Shown here: in pieces, positions 41,007 through 53,763 of the stretch
How the letters are laid out: each line of letters opens with the position of its first letter
Position numbering within the stretch: position 1 is the stretch's first letter
Assembly (NCBI GenBank): GCA_951406725.2
Contig: OX597827.1
Location: 60,512,001-60,576,000 of the forward strand
Source of the DNA: Octopus vulgaris
Taxonomy: Eukaryota
Length of the DNA: 64,000 bases
Direction of reading: 5' to 3'
The notes under the pieces: model-generated
Seen by the model: the letters and a program-made list of their open reading frames with translations, nothing else
Told to the model about the DNA's origin: nothing
The model's database searches: none
Position numbers and translations under genes: made by a program

Positions 41007-41182
41007 CTCCATGTGGGTGTTCTCTCGTCGGCTGGAATACATCAAACGTCAATGTTGCTCCGTCTTCCATCTTTAGTTCCCGTCTTTCTTTCCAGTTGTC
41101 CACGTCTTTGTTTCGCCCACGCACACCACAAACCAACGTCTGTATGTGGCCGTTCTTTCCCCATAGTAACAGTGGGATGTAA
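41007..41182 (-). CDS. ABHD2: ABHD2-like hydrolase, first visible coding exon (176 bp)
   Basis: Acceptor ttttccag, donor gtagta. Translates YIPLLLWGKNGHIQTLVCGVRG...MEDGATLTFDVFQPTREHPHG, matching the recalled ABHD2 segment YIPPLIWGKSGHIQT...MSDGATSTFDLFEP. Phase 2 in, phase 1 out. Confidence 0.93.
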
Positions 41183-41464
41183 CTGGAAAAGTGAAATAAA
41201 ACAATATATTAATAAATAAATAGATAAAGCAGATTGGGCAGAGTAGCTTAACCCTTTTAATATTCAGAGTACCCCATAAAATTTAATGGTTTTTGATGGA
41301 AAGGAGAAAACGAAAAGTCCAAATTACGGAGGTGTACTTGCATAGCAAGTGACCTGATCTGAGATTGTGTGCTGAAACGAAAACAATTGCAGCGTGGAAG
41401 GTGTTTGTAAGCCATTTAAGAAACACACAAAAGCCTTTCGATTCACTTCAACATTTAAGTTTAA

Positions 41465-41685
41465 CCCTTTCATTACTGTATTTATTTTGAGATGCTCTGT
41501 GTTTCATTCAATTGATTTTAAATATAACAAAGAATTTAGTAAAATAACTTAGTTATCATTAAGCTGGTGTTAGGAACATAAATTGTGAGTAAGGTTTGGT
41601 GGAAGATTTTAATTCAAAACTTAAGAAAACAAGATATTTTACCACAGAGCCAGAGCCGGTTTTGGCTGGGTTAGTAACAAAAGGG
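41465..41685. mobile_element. piggyBac-type MITE (TTAA TSD, CCCTTT/AAAGGG ends)
   Basis: TTAA at 41461-41464 and 41686-41689; same family as 43241-43460. Confidence 0.85.
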
Positions 41686-41689
41686 TTAA

Positions 41690-41740
41690 TTTGTCAAAAT
41701 ATTTTCATCACTTTAAGACCACGACCTGTTCACTGACAAA
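41690..41740 (-). ncRNA. Type I hammerhead motif, G3:C8 core variant
   Basis: Minus strand TTTGTCA-GTGAACA-G-GTCGT-ggtcttaaa-GTGAT-GAAA-ATAT-TT-TGACAAA: perfect 7-bp helix I, GU-rich helix II, palindromic helix III. Confidence 0.65.
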
Positions 41741-43240
41741 ATGTCCAAAGAAGGAAAAGAAATCACCAACAGCACATGTAATTATGTAGCAGAAGTATAT
41801 ATATATATATATACAGGGGAACAGGAAACTGGGGGTGGGACACTTAAGACCTGCCTCAGGAGACACAAACACACTAGCTAAAGCCAATCCCATTATCTCA
41901 TTGACCGACTGGAGTTGAACTCTAGATCAGACTTGACCCAATAAACCTATGATCAATGATATTCCAGCCATGGCAATGCTAACTTATTTTAGGGGTGTAG
42001 GGGTATCTAGGGCTATAATATCCAATGTGACCTTTCCTTATTTAACACAGTTGGTTGCGATTTATTGGATATTTGGTAGCTATTTCTGAGAGGTTGAGCA
42101 ACCAAGTTGTAGTGCTCTCATTGCGAGTGGAGTGGAGTGAGTGAATGTGGAATGGAGTGTGGGCAGTGTGGAGTACAAATGGTGTGGAGATGAGTGTGAG
42201 TAGCATGGAGATAAGTGTGTAACATGGAGCAAGAGTGGCACAGTGCCTAAGTGAAGCTTGAGTGGAGCATGAGTGGAGTTTGAGCAAAGTGTGTATGTGA
42301 GATGTTTTACTGCTTGTGGGGTACATGTTTTTCATATGAACACGTGTGCTCACCTACACAGCCTCACCCCATTACTACACACCCACCACCACCACCACCA
42401 ACAAAGAAAAGTAGATTTAAAGAAAGAGCTATCACAAAGGAATGAGGCAACCCAAATATTGCAGGGGGGGCATGTAAGCATAAAAAGTACAGTAGCAAAA
42501 GTGAGGAAGATAGGGTAGGAAGTGTATCAAATATTTGTTGATAACCTAGAAACTAAAACAGATTTAGACATGTTCTAGATTATAACCCTGTTTAGCTTGC
42601 TTAAGATAAAAAAAAAAAAATTTTTAAACCTTCCTGTCTGGCCTCAAATAGACTTATGATCAAAAACATTCCAACTGTGCCCATCTTGTCTGGTCTTTTT
42701 CAAGTATGGCAGGTACAGAAGTTGTGTGGTTAAGAAGCTTGCCAGGCAATCACATGGTCTCAGGTTCAGTCCCATTACACTGCACCTAGAGCAAGTGTCT
42801 ACTACAGCTCCAAGCTGATTAAAGCTGTGCGAGTGGATTTGATAGAATGAAACTGAAAGGCGGCGAGCTGGCAGAAACGTTAGCACGCCGGGCGAAATAC
42901 GTAGCCATATTTTGTCTGCTGTTACATTCTGGGCTCAAATTCTGCCATGGTTGACTTTGCCTTTTATCCTTTTGGCGTCGATGTAATCAACTTAATCCCT
43001 TTGTCTGTCCTTGACACACAAACATATACACACATACGTATATATATATATACATATATACAACAGGCTTCTTTCAGTTTCCATCTACTAAATCCACTCA
43101 CAAGGCTTTGGTCAGCCCGAGGCTGACCAGTTTTCTGGGTTCCAGGACTCAGAAATATACTGGAAGTTATTTTACGTAAAGGATCTTGTACATAACTCAA
43201 AAACATTTGTGTTACAATGGACTGTTTTCACAATATTTAA

Positions 43241-43460
43241 CCCTTTCGTTAACATATTTATTTTGAGATGCTCTGCGTTTCCTTCAATTATTTTAAATAT
43301 AACAAAGAATTTAGTAAAATAACTTAGTTACCATTCTGCTAGTGTTACGAACATAAATTGTGACTAAGGTTTGGTGGAAGATTTTATTTCAGAACTTATG
43401 AAAACAAGACATTTGTACTTAGAGCCAGAGCCCGTTTCAGCCAGTTTGGTAATGAAAGGG
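43241..43460. mobile_element. piggyBac-type MITE, second copy
   Basis: TTAA-CCCTTTCGTTA ... TAATGAAAGGG-TTAA. Confidence 0.85.
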
Positions 43461-46400
43461 TTAAGGTATGAACTTTAACATTATATAGAAATACAAGAAT
43501 GTAATTAGATACTAAAAGATATTGAGATCTAATACTTCACCATACTTGTATTTCATAACCATAGTTCACATCATCAGGCATAGTGGGACAACATTCAAAT
43601 ATGTACCTGTATCTTATTACATTACATACCAGTCTTTTACATAATTTGAAGAAAAATTTGACCCAATATTAAGCAAAATGTCAGTGAATGAAAACAAAAA
43701 GGAAAATTTTCTCTATAACTATCGCTATAGCTACCATAGCTAAAAGGAGCTGTTGTTGCTATGTACTTATGTGTGAGCATGTCTGAACATATTTGTACAG
43801 CTTTTCATCTTTTCTTTGTCTCTTGGGGTTTTTTTTTTTTTGGTGTAAATGATTGGTTTCTGCATATAACAAGTGGCTCATCTAAAATATCCTCATCAAC
43901 ATCACCATCATCATGAACATCACTACCACCATTATCAATGTCAGTTTACCAATCCACTTTTCCATGCTTGCACGAGGCAGATGAAGGGCACATGGCTCAG
44001 TGGTTAGAACACCAGGTTCACAATCATGAGTAATGGGTTCAATTCTCAAACCGGGCTGTGTTGTGTTCTTGAGTAAGACACTTTATTTCACATTGTTCCA
44101 GTTCACTCATCTATAGAAATGAGTTGTGACATCACTGGTGCCAAGCTGTATTGGATAACATCAATGGTGTGGTGGTGCCAAACTGTATTGGATAACATCA
44201 GTGGTGTGAAGAGAGGCTGGTATGCATGGGTAACTGCTGGTCTTCCATAAACAACCTCGCCTGGACCTGTGCCATAGAGGGTAACTTTCTAGGTGTAATA
44301 CCATAGTCATTCATGACCAAAGGGGTCTTTTATCCTACTCTACAACCAAATTCCCTTTTGTCTTGCTAACCTTCACCTGTTTCCAAGTAAGGCAATAATT
44401 CCCCCAAGGCAAGACATGTTTCTTATGGAAAGCTGGAAACGAACAACCTTGCTTGTATGATCACATGGTGTGTTGACAAGAGTAAGGGTACACACACACA
44501 AACACGCAGACAACAGGCTTCCTTCAGTTGCTGATAACAAATTCACTTACAAGGCTTTGGTTGGCCTTGCACTTGTCCAAGGTGCTGCACAGTGGGACTG
44601 AACCCAAGACATGATTGGGAAGCAAGCTTCTTAATCACACATGCCTGTGCATTACTACACACACACACATGCGCACACATGCAGACACAGGCATGCACAC
44701 ACTGATGGCAAGCTTCCTTCAGTTTCTTATTTTTTTAATAATTATTTAAAAAAAAATTTTTTATTGCCCACAAGGGGTTAAATATAGAGGGGACAAACAA
44801 GGACAGACAAATGGATTAAGTTGATTACATCGACCCCAGTGCATAACTGGTACTTAATTTATCGACCCCGAAAGGATGAAAGGCAAAGTCGACCTCAGCA
44901 GAATTTGAACTCACAACACAGCTGTGAACAAAATACCACAAAGTATTTCACCTGGCATGCTAACATTTCTGCCAGCTCTGTCTACCAAATCCATTCACAA
45001 GCTTTATCCAGTCCAGAGCTATAGTAGAAGACATTTACCTCAGGTGCTACACAGCCACACCTGCACCTATCATGTATGTTAAATGTCAGTCATTTTGTTA
45101 TGGTGATTGCTTCAATGGTGGTCCAATCTTGTAGTTTGCGCTGAAGTGAAGTGTCAGAATGGCTTTTACACAAATTGGCCTGTGCTCTCAAACTTTTGGG
45201 GAGAACCTGGCCTTGAGGATTGTACTTCTTTGGATAAAACGTTTGGTAGAGCATTTTGCTTTCTATTCTGTATTTGGTTTTATTTTGGAAACACTGCTCC
45301 ACAGAAACCTGAATGCCATCTTTGTGATTGCTGCTGTCATTATCACAAATAATTGACTCACCTACATTATTATGCATTACCATCAAACCAACACGATTTA
45401 TCATTACAATCACCTTATCAGTACTACCATCACAACATCAATATCACAGGTATCACCATTATCATCATCATTGCTCTTACCATCATCATCATAATCATTG
45501 TTGTAATTACCAACACCACCACAACTACCACCACCACCACCATCATTGTCATCTCATTTCAATGCCTGTTCCTTGAAGTTTACACACTTTAAACAAGTAC
45601 GGTCACCTTAGCAACAGTGGTATGGAGATGGCGACCTGTTAAGTATATAGAGCTTTACAAGTGTAGCTTTATGGTGAGATAGATATCTTTTCTCTTGTCC
45701 AGGTACTGAGAAAAAGAGAGTGTATGGGGGGGGTGAGACAGAGAGAATGATAAGAGAAAATGTTACTAAGGGAGTTGAGAACATTAGGAGAGCAGGTGAG
45801 GTGGAGAGTAAAGAGGGAGGGAAGGAAGGGTTTAGAAATACTGACAGCAACCATTTCCTACTGAAAAAGCATTTGCCAATCAGTCCAAGGCAGTTGCATT
45901 AAGAATTGTAATTTATTTTCTTATTCTTTGGCTAATGGTTCTGCTTTCTACTTGAATTAGTGGCCAAGCCTATCTGGTGGTCAAACAGGCAACAAAGAAA
46001 GCAACAATGCTACTCATTGTAAATGTCGAAATATATTCTAATAACTGCGTACACATGTGGCTTAGTGGTAAGGGTACTTGGCTCATGATCATAAAGCCGG
46101 GAGTTCAATTCCCAGTAGTGCATTGTGTTCTTCAGCAAAACACTACATTTCATGCTACTCCAGTTCAGTTTGCTGGTAAAAATGAGTGGTATCTGTATTT
46201 CAAAAGGCCAGCCTTGTTACAATCTGTATCATGCTGGATCTCCTTAATAACTACATTAAGGGTGTACACAGGTCTGTGGAGTGCTCAGCCACTTGCACCT
46301 TTAATTTCATGAACAGGCTGTTCCATTGATTATATCAACTAGAACTTTCATCATCGTAACTGACAGGGTGCCAATAATTCTAACAACTACCACACAGAAA

Positions 46401-46469
46401 TAGACACACACATGAGTCAATAAAGGAATATTTATATGGGAAGGACACACTAGATAACATATTCTTCTA

Positions 46470-47035
46470 TTGGGTTGTCTGGAAAGTTTGTGCTGATTTT
46501 TAAAGGAAAGAAAAAGGTCAATAACTACTTGCCATTACATTTTTAATCAATCAAATATGAACCATTTTGTTGCACAATGCATCTCTATATTTCCTTTAAC
46601 TTCAAAATACCCTCTTCCCAGAATTGAGGTGGTTTCATAGCAAAGAATTCATCAAGGTATCTTTTTACGTCATCCAAGGAATTGAAATTTTTACCATTAA
46701 GACTATTCTGCAGAGACCTGAATAAGTGGAAATCCGAAGGAGCAATATCTGGTGAATATGGAGGGTGGGGTAACACATCCCAGCCGAGCTGCAGCAATTT
46801 TTGTCTGGTTCCCAAATCATAAAGTGCTGAAAATGAACTTCTTTATCTTCCATTTTAAAGGGTTACAGAATTAACACAGGTTATAGGAACATAAACCTTC
46901 TTCCACGAAAAGATAGCTTAAACTGTGCTCTAAATGGAGGTGTAGTCAAATCCTATTTTATGGACTCCACCATGTTCTAAAATAAGTCGAAAGGTAAGCT
47001 ACTATAAATCGGCACAAACTTTCCGGACAACTCAA
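46470..47035 (-). mobile_element. Internally deleted mariner transposon with TIRs and TA TSD
   Basis: ~30-bp TIRs TTGGGTTGTC.GGAAAGTT.GTGC.GATTT flanked by TA. N-terminal MEDKEVHFQH is joined directly to the C-terminal HPPYSPDIAPSDFHLF region. Confidence 0.92.
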
Positions 47036-49292
47036 TACATCACTTTAAAATGAGATGGTTGTGTCTAGAATACTTTAGATCGTCGGTATCTTTATTGTAC
47101 ATCCATCAGTTGACTTGATATCAAGCATATTTGAGCTCACCTGTATCATATTAAATTAGTAGAGGACAAATACAGTATGGGTTATGAATAAATAAATATA
47201 CAGACCTATGTCTGTATGTATCTAGTTTTGCTTTGAAATTTAGTTCTCAGGAGGATAATTTTAATACCTCGGGATAAAGATCAAACTCGGTGCCTTCCTT
47301 GTTATTTTATAATTCATCAAAATCTCCTTACCTCTCTCTATCTTCAAGCAGATCTTCATGAATTATAAATTAACAATGAAACCAGTTAGTTTAATCTTTT
47401 GTCCCAAGTTGTCAAAAAGTCTCCATTGAGACCTATTTTCACAGCATGACTGAATATATAGAGACAAGTTCTATACTTATTTATTAACCACATTTTTTCT
47501 CTGGTGATGGGATGGTTTGAGGTAAAGTTATCATAATTTTCTCTCTCTTTCTCTCTCTCTCTCTCTCTGAGACATTAGATGCCACACACACACACTAATA
47601 TGTGTGTGTGTGTTTAATAGCTAATGTCAGTGAGAGGTAAAGTGACAGAAGAAAGCCAACACTACCTCTCTGAGGTGCTAACTATCAAGTGTACTTTTAT
47701 ATACTCATTTTATATACTCATTTTAATGTCCTCTTTTCCATGCTTGCAAGGGTATTGCAGATTGAATTTGTTGAGGTGGATTTTATATGGTTGGATGCCC
47801 CCACCGTTACCAAAACCCACCTGTTTTCAAGTAAGGTGATATTTCCCAACAACCAGATGTGTTTTCACACATTGGAAACGAAAGTCACTGCTTACATTAT
47901 GCTAATATACATTTACAACTATCAAGCAATACCGAGGCAAAGAAAGAGTAAGACACACACACAAAGCACACAAAATCATACACACACACACACACACAAA
48001 AAAAAACACAAACACACACACACACACACAAAAACACACACACACACACACACAAACCCCAAAACACACACAAACACATACACACATACAAACACATACA
48101 CACACACACACTGGATGGACTTCTTTCATTTTCCACCTACCAAATCCACTCACAATGCTTCAGTTGACCTGGAGCCTTAAAAGACACTTATCCAAGACAC
48201 CACACAGTGGGATTGAAAACAATACCATGTGGCTGGGAAGCAAACTTCTTAACCACACAGCTATGCCTGTTCCTGTGCTGACATATATGTATAAATAATT
48301 CAAAAGTGGAATAAATTGGTTTGACATGAGGAAGCAGAAGAAGAGAAAAAAACGAAAACATTTTAGATAGTTCTCTTCACTGCGTGTGTCTAGTACTTCC
48401 CTTCTCTACTTACATCTCACCACATCTGTGATAAGTCAAATCTTTACACGTGGTTCACACATGCGTTCAGTCACATGTATGACACTGTACATGTGGCTGT
48501 CTGTTTGATAGCTTATGTCACATGCAACTTAGTCCTCCCACATGATATTAACACAAAAATGAAATGCTCACCCAAAAACTACCTTTATATATTAAAACGT
48601 AAGTAGATCGACCCACAAGGGATTTCGTTTATATGATCTTACTCGCCCAGACACTCAGATTAAAAAAGGTGTATGTGTGTGTGTGTGTGTAGGAGGAGAC
48701 TCTGTTAGACGTGGTCTATCTTTTGACCTTTGTAGATCTATGTCTAAGTGGCAGTAAGTAGCGAGCAGTCATGTGACTGACATCATACTTAACTTAGTCT
48801 CGTTTGCTAATAATAGAAATGTGAAACTTTCCAAACTAACCTCACCGTCTTTTGTCTTTTACTGGTTTGAGTCATTGGACTGCACCCATTGAAAGGTTTG
48901 CTTGAAAGAATCAATCCCAGTATTGATTTATCAATGTTTTTTGCTGAACCACTGAATTACAGGGGTGCAAAGAAGTCAACACTGCTTGTCAAGCGAGGAT
49001 GGGGGACAAAAACATACACATAATATATATGCTTATAAAGGCAGTGAGCTGGCAGAATCATTAGCAATGCCAGGTGAAATGCTTAGCGGCATTCAAATTC
49101 GGCTGAGGCTGACTTTGCCATTCATCGTTTCGAGGTTGATAAAATAAGTACCAGTTGAACATTAGGGCCGATACAATAGACTTGACCCCTCTCACAAACC
49201 TGCTAGCTTTGTGCAAAAATCTGAAACACACTCAAACACATTATATATATGTATATATATATATATATATGAATATATATATATGTATATGT

Positions 49293-49586
49293 GGAGGCAA
49301 ATGGCCTAGTGGTTAGAGCAGTTGACTCGCAGTCGAGGGATCGTGGGTTCGAATCTCAGACCAGGCGATGTATGCATTTATGAGCGAAACACCTAAGCTC
49401 CACGTGGTTCTGGCAGAAGGTAGTGGTGAACTTCTGACTCTTTCACCACAACCTTCTCTCACTCTTTCCTCCAGCATCTTGCAGCTCATCTGCAACGGAC
49501 CGGCATCCCGTCCAAGTGGGAAACCTATATGCCAAGAAAATCGGGAAACTGGCCCTTATGAGCCAGGCATGGCTCAAGAAGGAACA
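49293..49586 (+). mobile_element. SINE-C: tRNA-Arg-derived SINE; copies at 51180-51473(+) and 62489-62787(-)
   Basis: GGAGGCAAATGGCCTAGTGGTTAGAGCAG..GACTCGCAG...GGGTTCGAATCTC (A box, TCG anticodon-like loop, B box) followed by a ~220-bp non-tRNA body. Related heads at ~33318, 43985, 46050 and 52213. Confidence 0.8.
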
Positions 49587-49598
49587 AATAATATATAT

Positions 49599-50735
49599 CA
49601 TCATCATCATCATCATCATTTAGCGTCCGTTTTCCATGCTAGCATGGGTTGGACGGTTCAACTGGGGTCTGGGGAGCCCGAAGGCTGCACCAGGCCAGTC
49701 AGACTGGCAGTGTTTCTACAGCTGGATGCCCTTCCTAACGCCAACCACTCCGAGAGTGTAGTGGGTGATTTTATGTGCCGCCGACACAGGTGCCAGACGA
49801 GGCTGGCGAACGGCCACGCTCGGATGGTGTTTTTATGTGCCACCGACACAGGTGCCAGACGAGGCTGGCAGACGGCCACGCTCGGATGGTGTTTTTATGT
49901 GCCACCGACACAGGTGCCAGATGAGGCTGGCGGACGGCCACGATCGGATGGTGTTTGTTACGTCCCCAAAGCACGGAGGCCAGTCTATGCGGTACTGGCT
50001 ACGGCCACGTTCGGATGATTTTCTTGTGTGCCACCGGCACTGGTACCACAAAGATACAAATTCCATTGATGTTCATCTATTTTGATTTGTTTTGATTTGA
50101 TTTGATTTTCACTTGCCTCAACAGGTCTTCACAAGTGTCACAAGAAGGAAGGTATGCACAGGTGGACTGACTACGTTCCAGGTAGGGGCCACGGGTTATG
50201 GCCTGACTAGTCTTGCCGGGTCTTCGGATGGTGTTTTTATGTGCCACCGACACAGGTGCCAGATGAGGCTGGCGAACGGCCACGATCGGATGGTGTTTGT
50301 TGCGTGCCCACAGCACGGAGGCCAGTCGATAGCGGTACTGGCTACGGCCACGTTCGGATGGTTTTCTTGTGTGCCACTGGCACTGGTACCACAAGATACA
50401 AATTCCATTGATGTTCATCTATTTTGATTTGATTTGATTTGATTTTCACTTGCCTCAACAGGTCTTCACAGGTCTTCACAAGTGTCACAAGAAGGAAGGA
50501 AGGTATGCACAGGTGGACTGACTACGTCCCAAGTAGGGGCCATGGGTTATGGCCTGACTAGTCTTGCCGGGTCTTCGGTTGGTGTTTTTATGTGCCACCG
50601 ACACAGGTGCCAGATGAGGCTGGCGGACGGCCACGATCGGATGGTGTTTGTTATGTGCCCACATCACAGAGGCCAGTCGATGCGGTACTGGCTACGGCCA
50701 CGTTCGGATGGTTTTCTTGTGTGCCACCGGTACTG
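49599..50735 (-). mobile_element. (ATG)n-tailed retroposon (probably an RTE-type LINE 3' region) with nested tandem repeats
   Basis: (CAT)n on the plus strand at 49599; shared 3' block GGTTGGC.TTAGGAAGGGCATCCAGCTGTAGAAAC; ~60-bp GTGCC/GGCAC-rich units inside ~350-bp units. Confidence 0.8.
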
Positions 50736-51473
50736 CACCGTCTTTTGTCTTTTACTGGTTTGAGTCATTGGACTGCACCCATTGAAAGGTTTGCTTGAAA
50801 GAATCAATCCCAGTATTGATTTATCAATGTTTTTTGCTGAACCACTGAATTACAGGGGTGCAAAGAAGTCAACACTGCTTGTCAAGCGAGGATGGGGGAC
50901 AAAAACATACACATAATATATATGCTTATAAAGGCAGTGAGCTGGCAGAATCATTAGCAATGCCAGGTGAAATGCTTAGCGGCATTCAAATTCGGCTGAG
51001 GCTGACTTTGCCATTCATCGTTTCGAGGTTGATAAAATAAGTACCAGTTGAACATTAGGGCCGATACAATAGACTTGACCCCTCTCACAAACCTGCTAGC
51101 TTTGTGCAAAAATCTGAAACACACTCAAACACATTATATATATGTATATATATATATGAATATATATATATGTATATGTGGAGGCAAATGGCCTAGTGGT
51201 TAGAGCAGTGGACTCGCAGTCGAGGGATCGTGGGTTCGAATCTCAGACCAGGCGATGTATGCATTTATGAGCGAAACACCTAAGCTCCACGTGGTTCTGG
51301 CAGAAGGTAGTGGTGAACTTCTGACTCTTTCACCACAACCTTCTCTCACTCTTTCCTCCAGCATCTTGCAGCTCATCTGCAACGGACCGGCATCCCGTCC
51401 AAGTGGGAAACCTATATGCCAAGAAAATCGGGAAACTGGCCCTTATGAGCCAGGCATGGCTCAAGAAGGAACA

Positions 51474-51508
<35 letters not shown>

Positions 51509-52552
51509 TTTCAGACATTGACCCCAATGTTCTACAAAAAGCTTTTTTCAGTTTCCATTTACCAAAACCATACCCAAGGATTTGGTGGGCCTGAATCTAT
51601 AGTAGAAGACACTTGCTCAAGGTGCGACACAGTGTGACTGAACCCAATACCATGTGGTTGCGAATCAAGCCTCTTACCACACAACCACATGTCAAAACAA
51701 AAAAAAATGTAATAACCCACATGGTGCTTGGTAATAAGATCACTTTCCTCATTTCATGCTCAAATTAAAAAACAACAACAATAGTAAAGAGTTTTAATTA
51801 CATCGCTGCAATGCAGCCTATCTTTTGACCTTTATGTCACTAAGGTGTTTGTATATACACAAGCATATGACATAACCATTGTTAAAAATGTAACCAAGGT
51901 TACATGAAATGATGTTTTCAGTGGAGGAAAAGGGGTCATATTTTTTAATCTTTTATTTGTCCCATTCATTGGTCTCTGGCCATGCTGGGGTACTACCTTG
52001 AAGTGTTGGTCAAACAAATTGACCCCAGTACTTATATCTTCTTTAAGCCTGGTTCTTATTCTTACAGCTGTTTTTTTTTTGCCAAACCACTAAGTTATGG
52101 GAATGTAAACAAACCAACACTGGTTGTGAATCAGTGGTGGGGGATAAACACAAAGACACATATACACACACACACACATACATACATATATGTGTGTGTG
52201 TGTGTGTGTGAAGACACATGGCTTAGTGGTTAGAGCATCGGGCTCACAATCGTAAGGTAGTGAGTTTGGTCTCCGGACTGAGCTGTGTTGGGTTCTTGAG
52301 CAAGACACTTTATTTCGTGTTGCTCCAGTTCACTCAGCTGTAGAAATGAATTGCAACGTCACTGATGCCAAGCTGTACCAGCCTTTGCCTTTCCCTTGGA
52401 TACCATTGGTGGCATTGAGACGGGAGGCTGGTATACATGGATGACTGGTGTTCTTCCTTAAACAACCTTACCCAAACTTATGCCTCAGAGGGAAATTTTC
52501 TAGGTTCAACCCCATGGTCATTCATGACCAAAAGGGGTCTTCATGCTTTTAA

Positions 52553-52591
<39 letters not shown>

Positions 52592-53610
52592 TTATGTGGT
52601 AAGTAGTTTGCTTCCCAACCATATGGTCCTGGGCTCAATTCCACTGCATGGTACCTTGGGTGAGTGCCTTCTATTACAGCCTCAGGCTAACTAAAGCGTT
52701 TGGTAGACAGAAACTGAGAGAAATCTGAAATCCATTGTGTGTGTGTGTGAGACTGTATGTGTGTGTGCGTATGTGATCATGTGTTACTATTTTCATTCCT
52801 TGACATTTTGTGATAGTTATGAGACTTGCGAGTTGTCTTTATACAATTGTGGTGGTGGTGGTGGGTCTTTTATTTCTAGTCTTCTGAGTTTGGTCATGGT
52901 AAAATATTGAGTTCAAATATTGATTTTAGCCACAAGGCCAGCAATTTCAAGGAGAGGTTAAGTTGATTACATCAACTCAAGTGCTCAACTGGTATTTATT
53001 TAGTTTATCAACTCTGAGCGTATGAAAGGTAAAGCTGACCTTGGTAGAATTTGATCTGAGAATGTGAAGACAAATGAAATGCTGCTTAGCATTTTGCCAG
53101 GTGTGCCAATGGCTCTGAAAGCTCACCACCTGAAATATTTACCTTGGATACAGATGAGATGAAGGTTTGCAATACAAAAGGCAGCGAGCATGAATTGGTG
53201 GATGTTAAATGATGGTGATGATGATGAATGCATCAAGACCCAGGTTGTCCAATGTATTCATTTCCAAATCAACAGAGCATGATTCGAAGATTTAGCTGCT
53301 CTTTCTAGCAGGCTGAGCAAGTATGTCAAGAGAAGCTCTTTCCTTTTGAATTTAATGAAAATGAACACAATTGAATGTAGCGTTTCCCATACAAATTTCT
53401 GTCTGTCCTCGTTACTAATGGATTATAAACCATTGTGTTAATTACTATTAGAGCTCTTTTCAATGAGAATCATTAATTACCAGTTTTATTTTATTTTATT
53501 TATATATTAATTTTTATTGCTTCCCATTCATTTTCCATTTCCTTTTATGTTGGTAACCCAATAGCTAGGATGGTTTGTCTTATTTTTTCCTCTCGTCTTG
53601 TTTTGTTTAG

Positions 53611-53763
53611 CAGTGGAGCAATTGTTTTCACAGCTATATGGAATTGCTTCTTCCCAATTAACCACTACAGAAGTACTGAAGTGGACAAAACCAGTTCTGT
53701 TGAATCAAATGGTACAACTCAAACACGAAATGTTGTTCGCTGTTTACCTGGTTGTCAGACCAG
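53611..53763 (+). other. Possible isolated plus-strand exon (153 bp) of an unknown transcript
   Basis: Pyrimidine tract ending ttag, CAG|gtagat donor, length a multiple of 3, two open frames, non-repetitive sequence. No homology recognised. Confidence 0.3.

Larger units (their letters stand above)
48843..51485 (+). repeat. Near-identical ~750-bp direct repeat (48843-49598 and 50736-51485) flanking a retroposon
   Basis: Offset 1893 bp. The only differences seen are one T/G substitution (49323 vs 51210) and a 6-bp microsatellite indel. Confidence 0.95.

Noticed and set aside
47326-47450. Minus-strand GAG|GTAAGG donor as the missing ABHD2 exon
   Set aside because: The upstream sequence has no ABHD2-like translation or transmembrane segment.
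49293-49368. tRNA-Arg gene
   Set aside because: Acceptor stem does not pair, there is no oligo-T terminator, and it continues into a repeated SINE body present three times.
49770-50735. 60-bp repeats as a CRISPR array or hammerhead retrozyme
   Set aside because: Eukaryotic context, no unique spacers and no cas genes. The best hammerhead-like match (CAGATGAG...GAAC) breaks invariant core positions.
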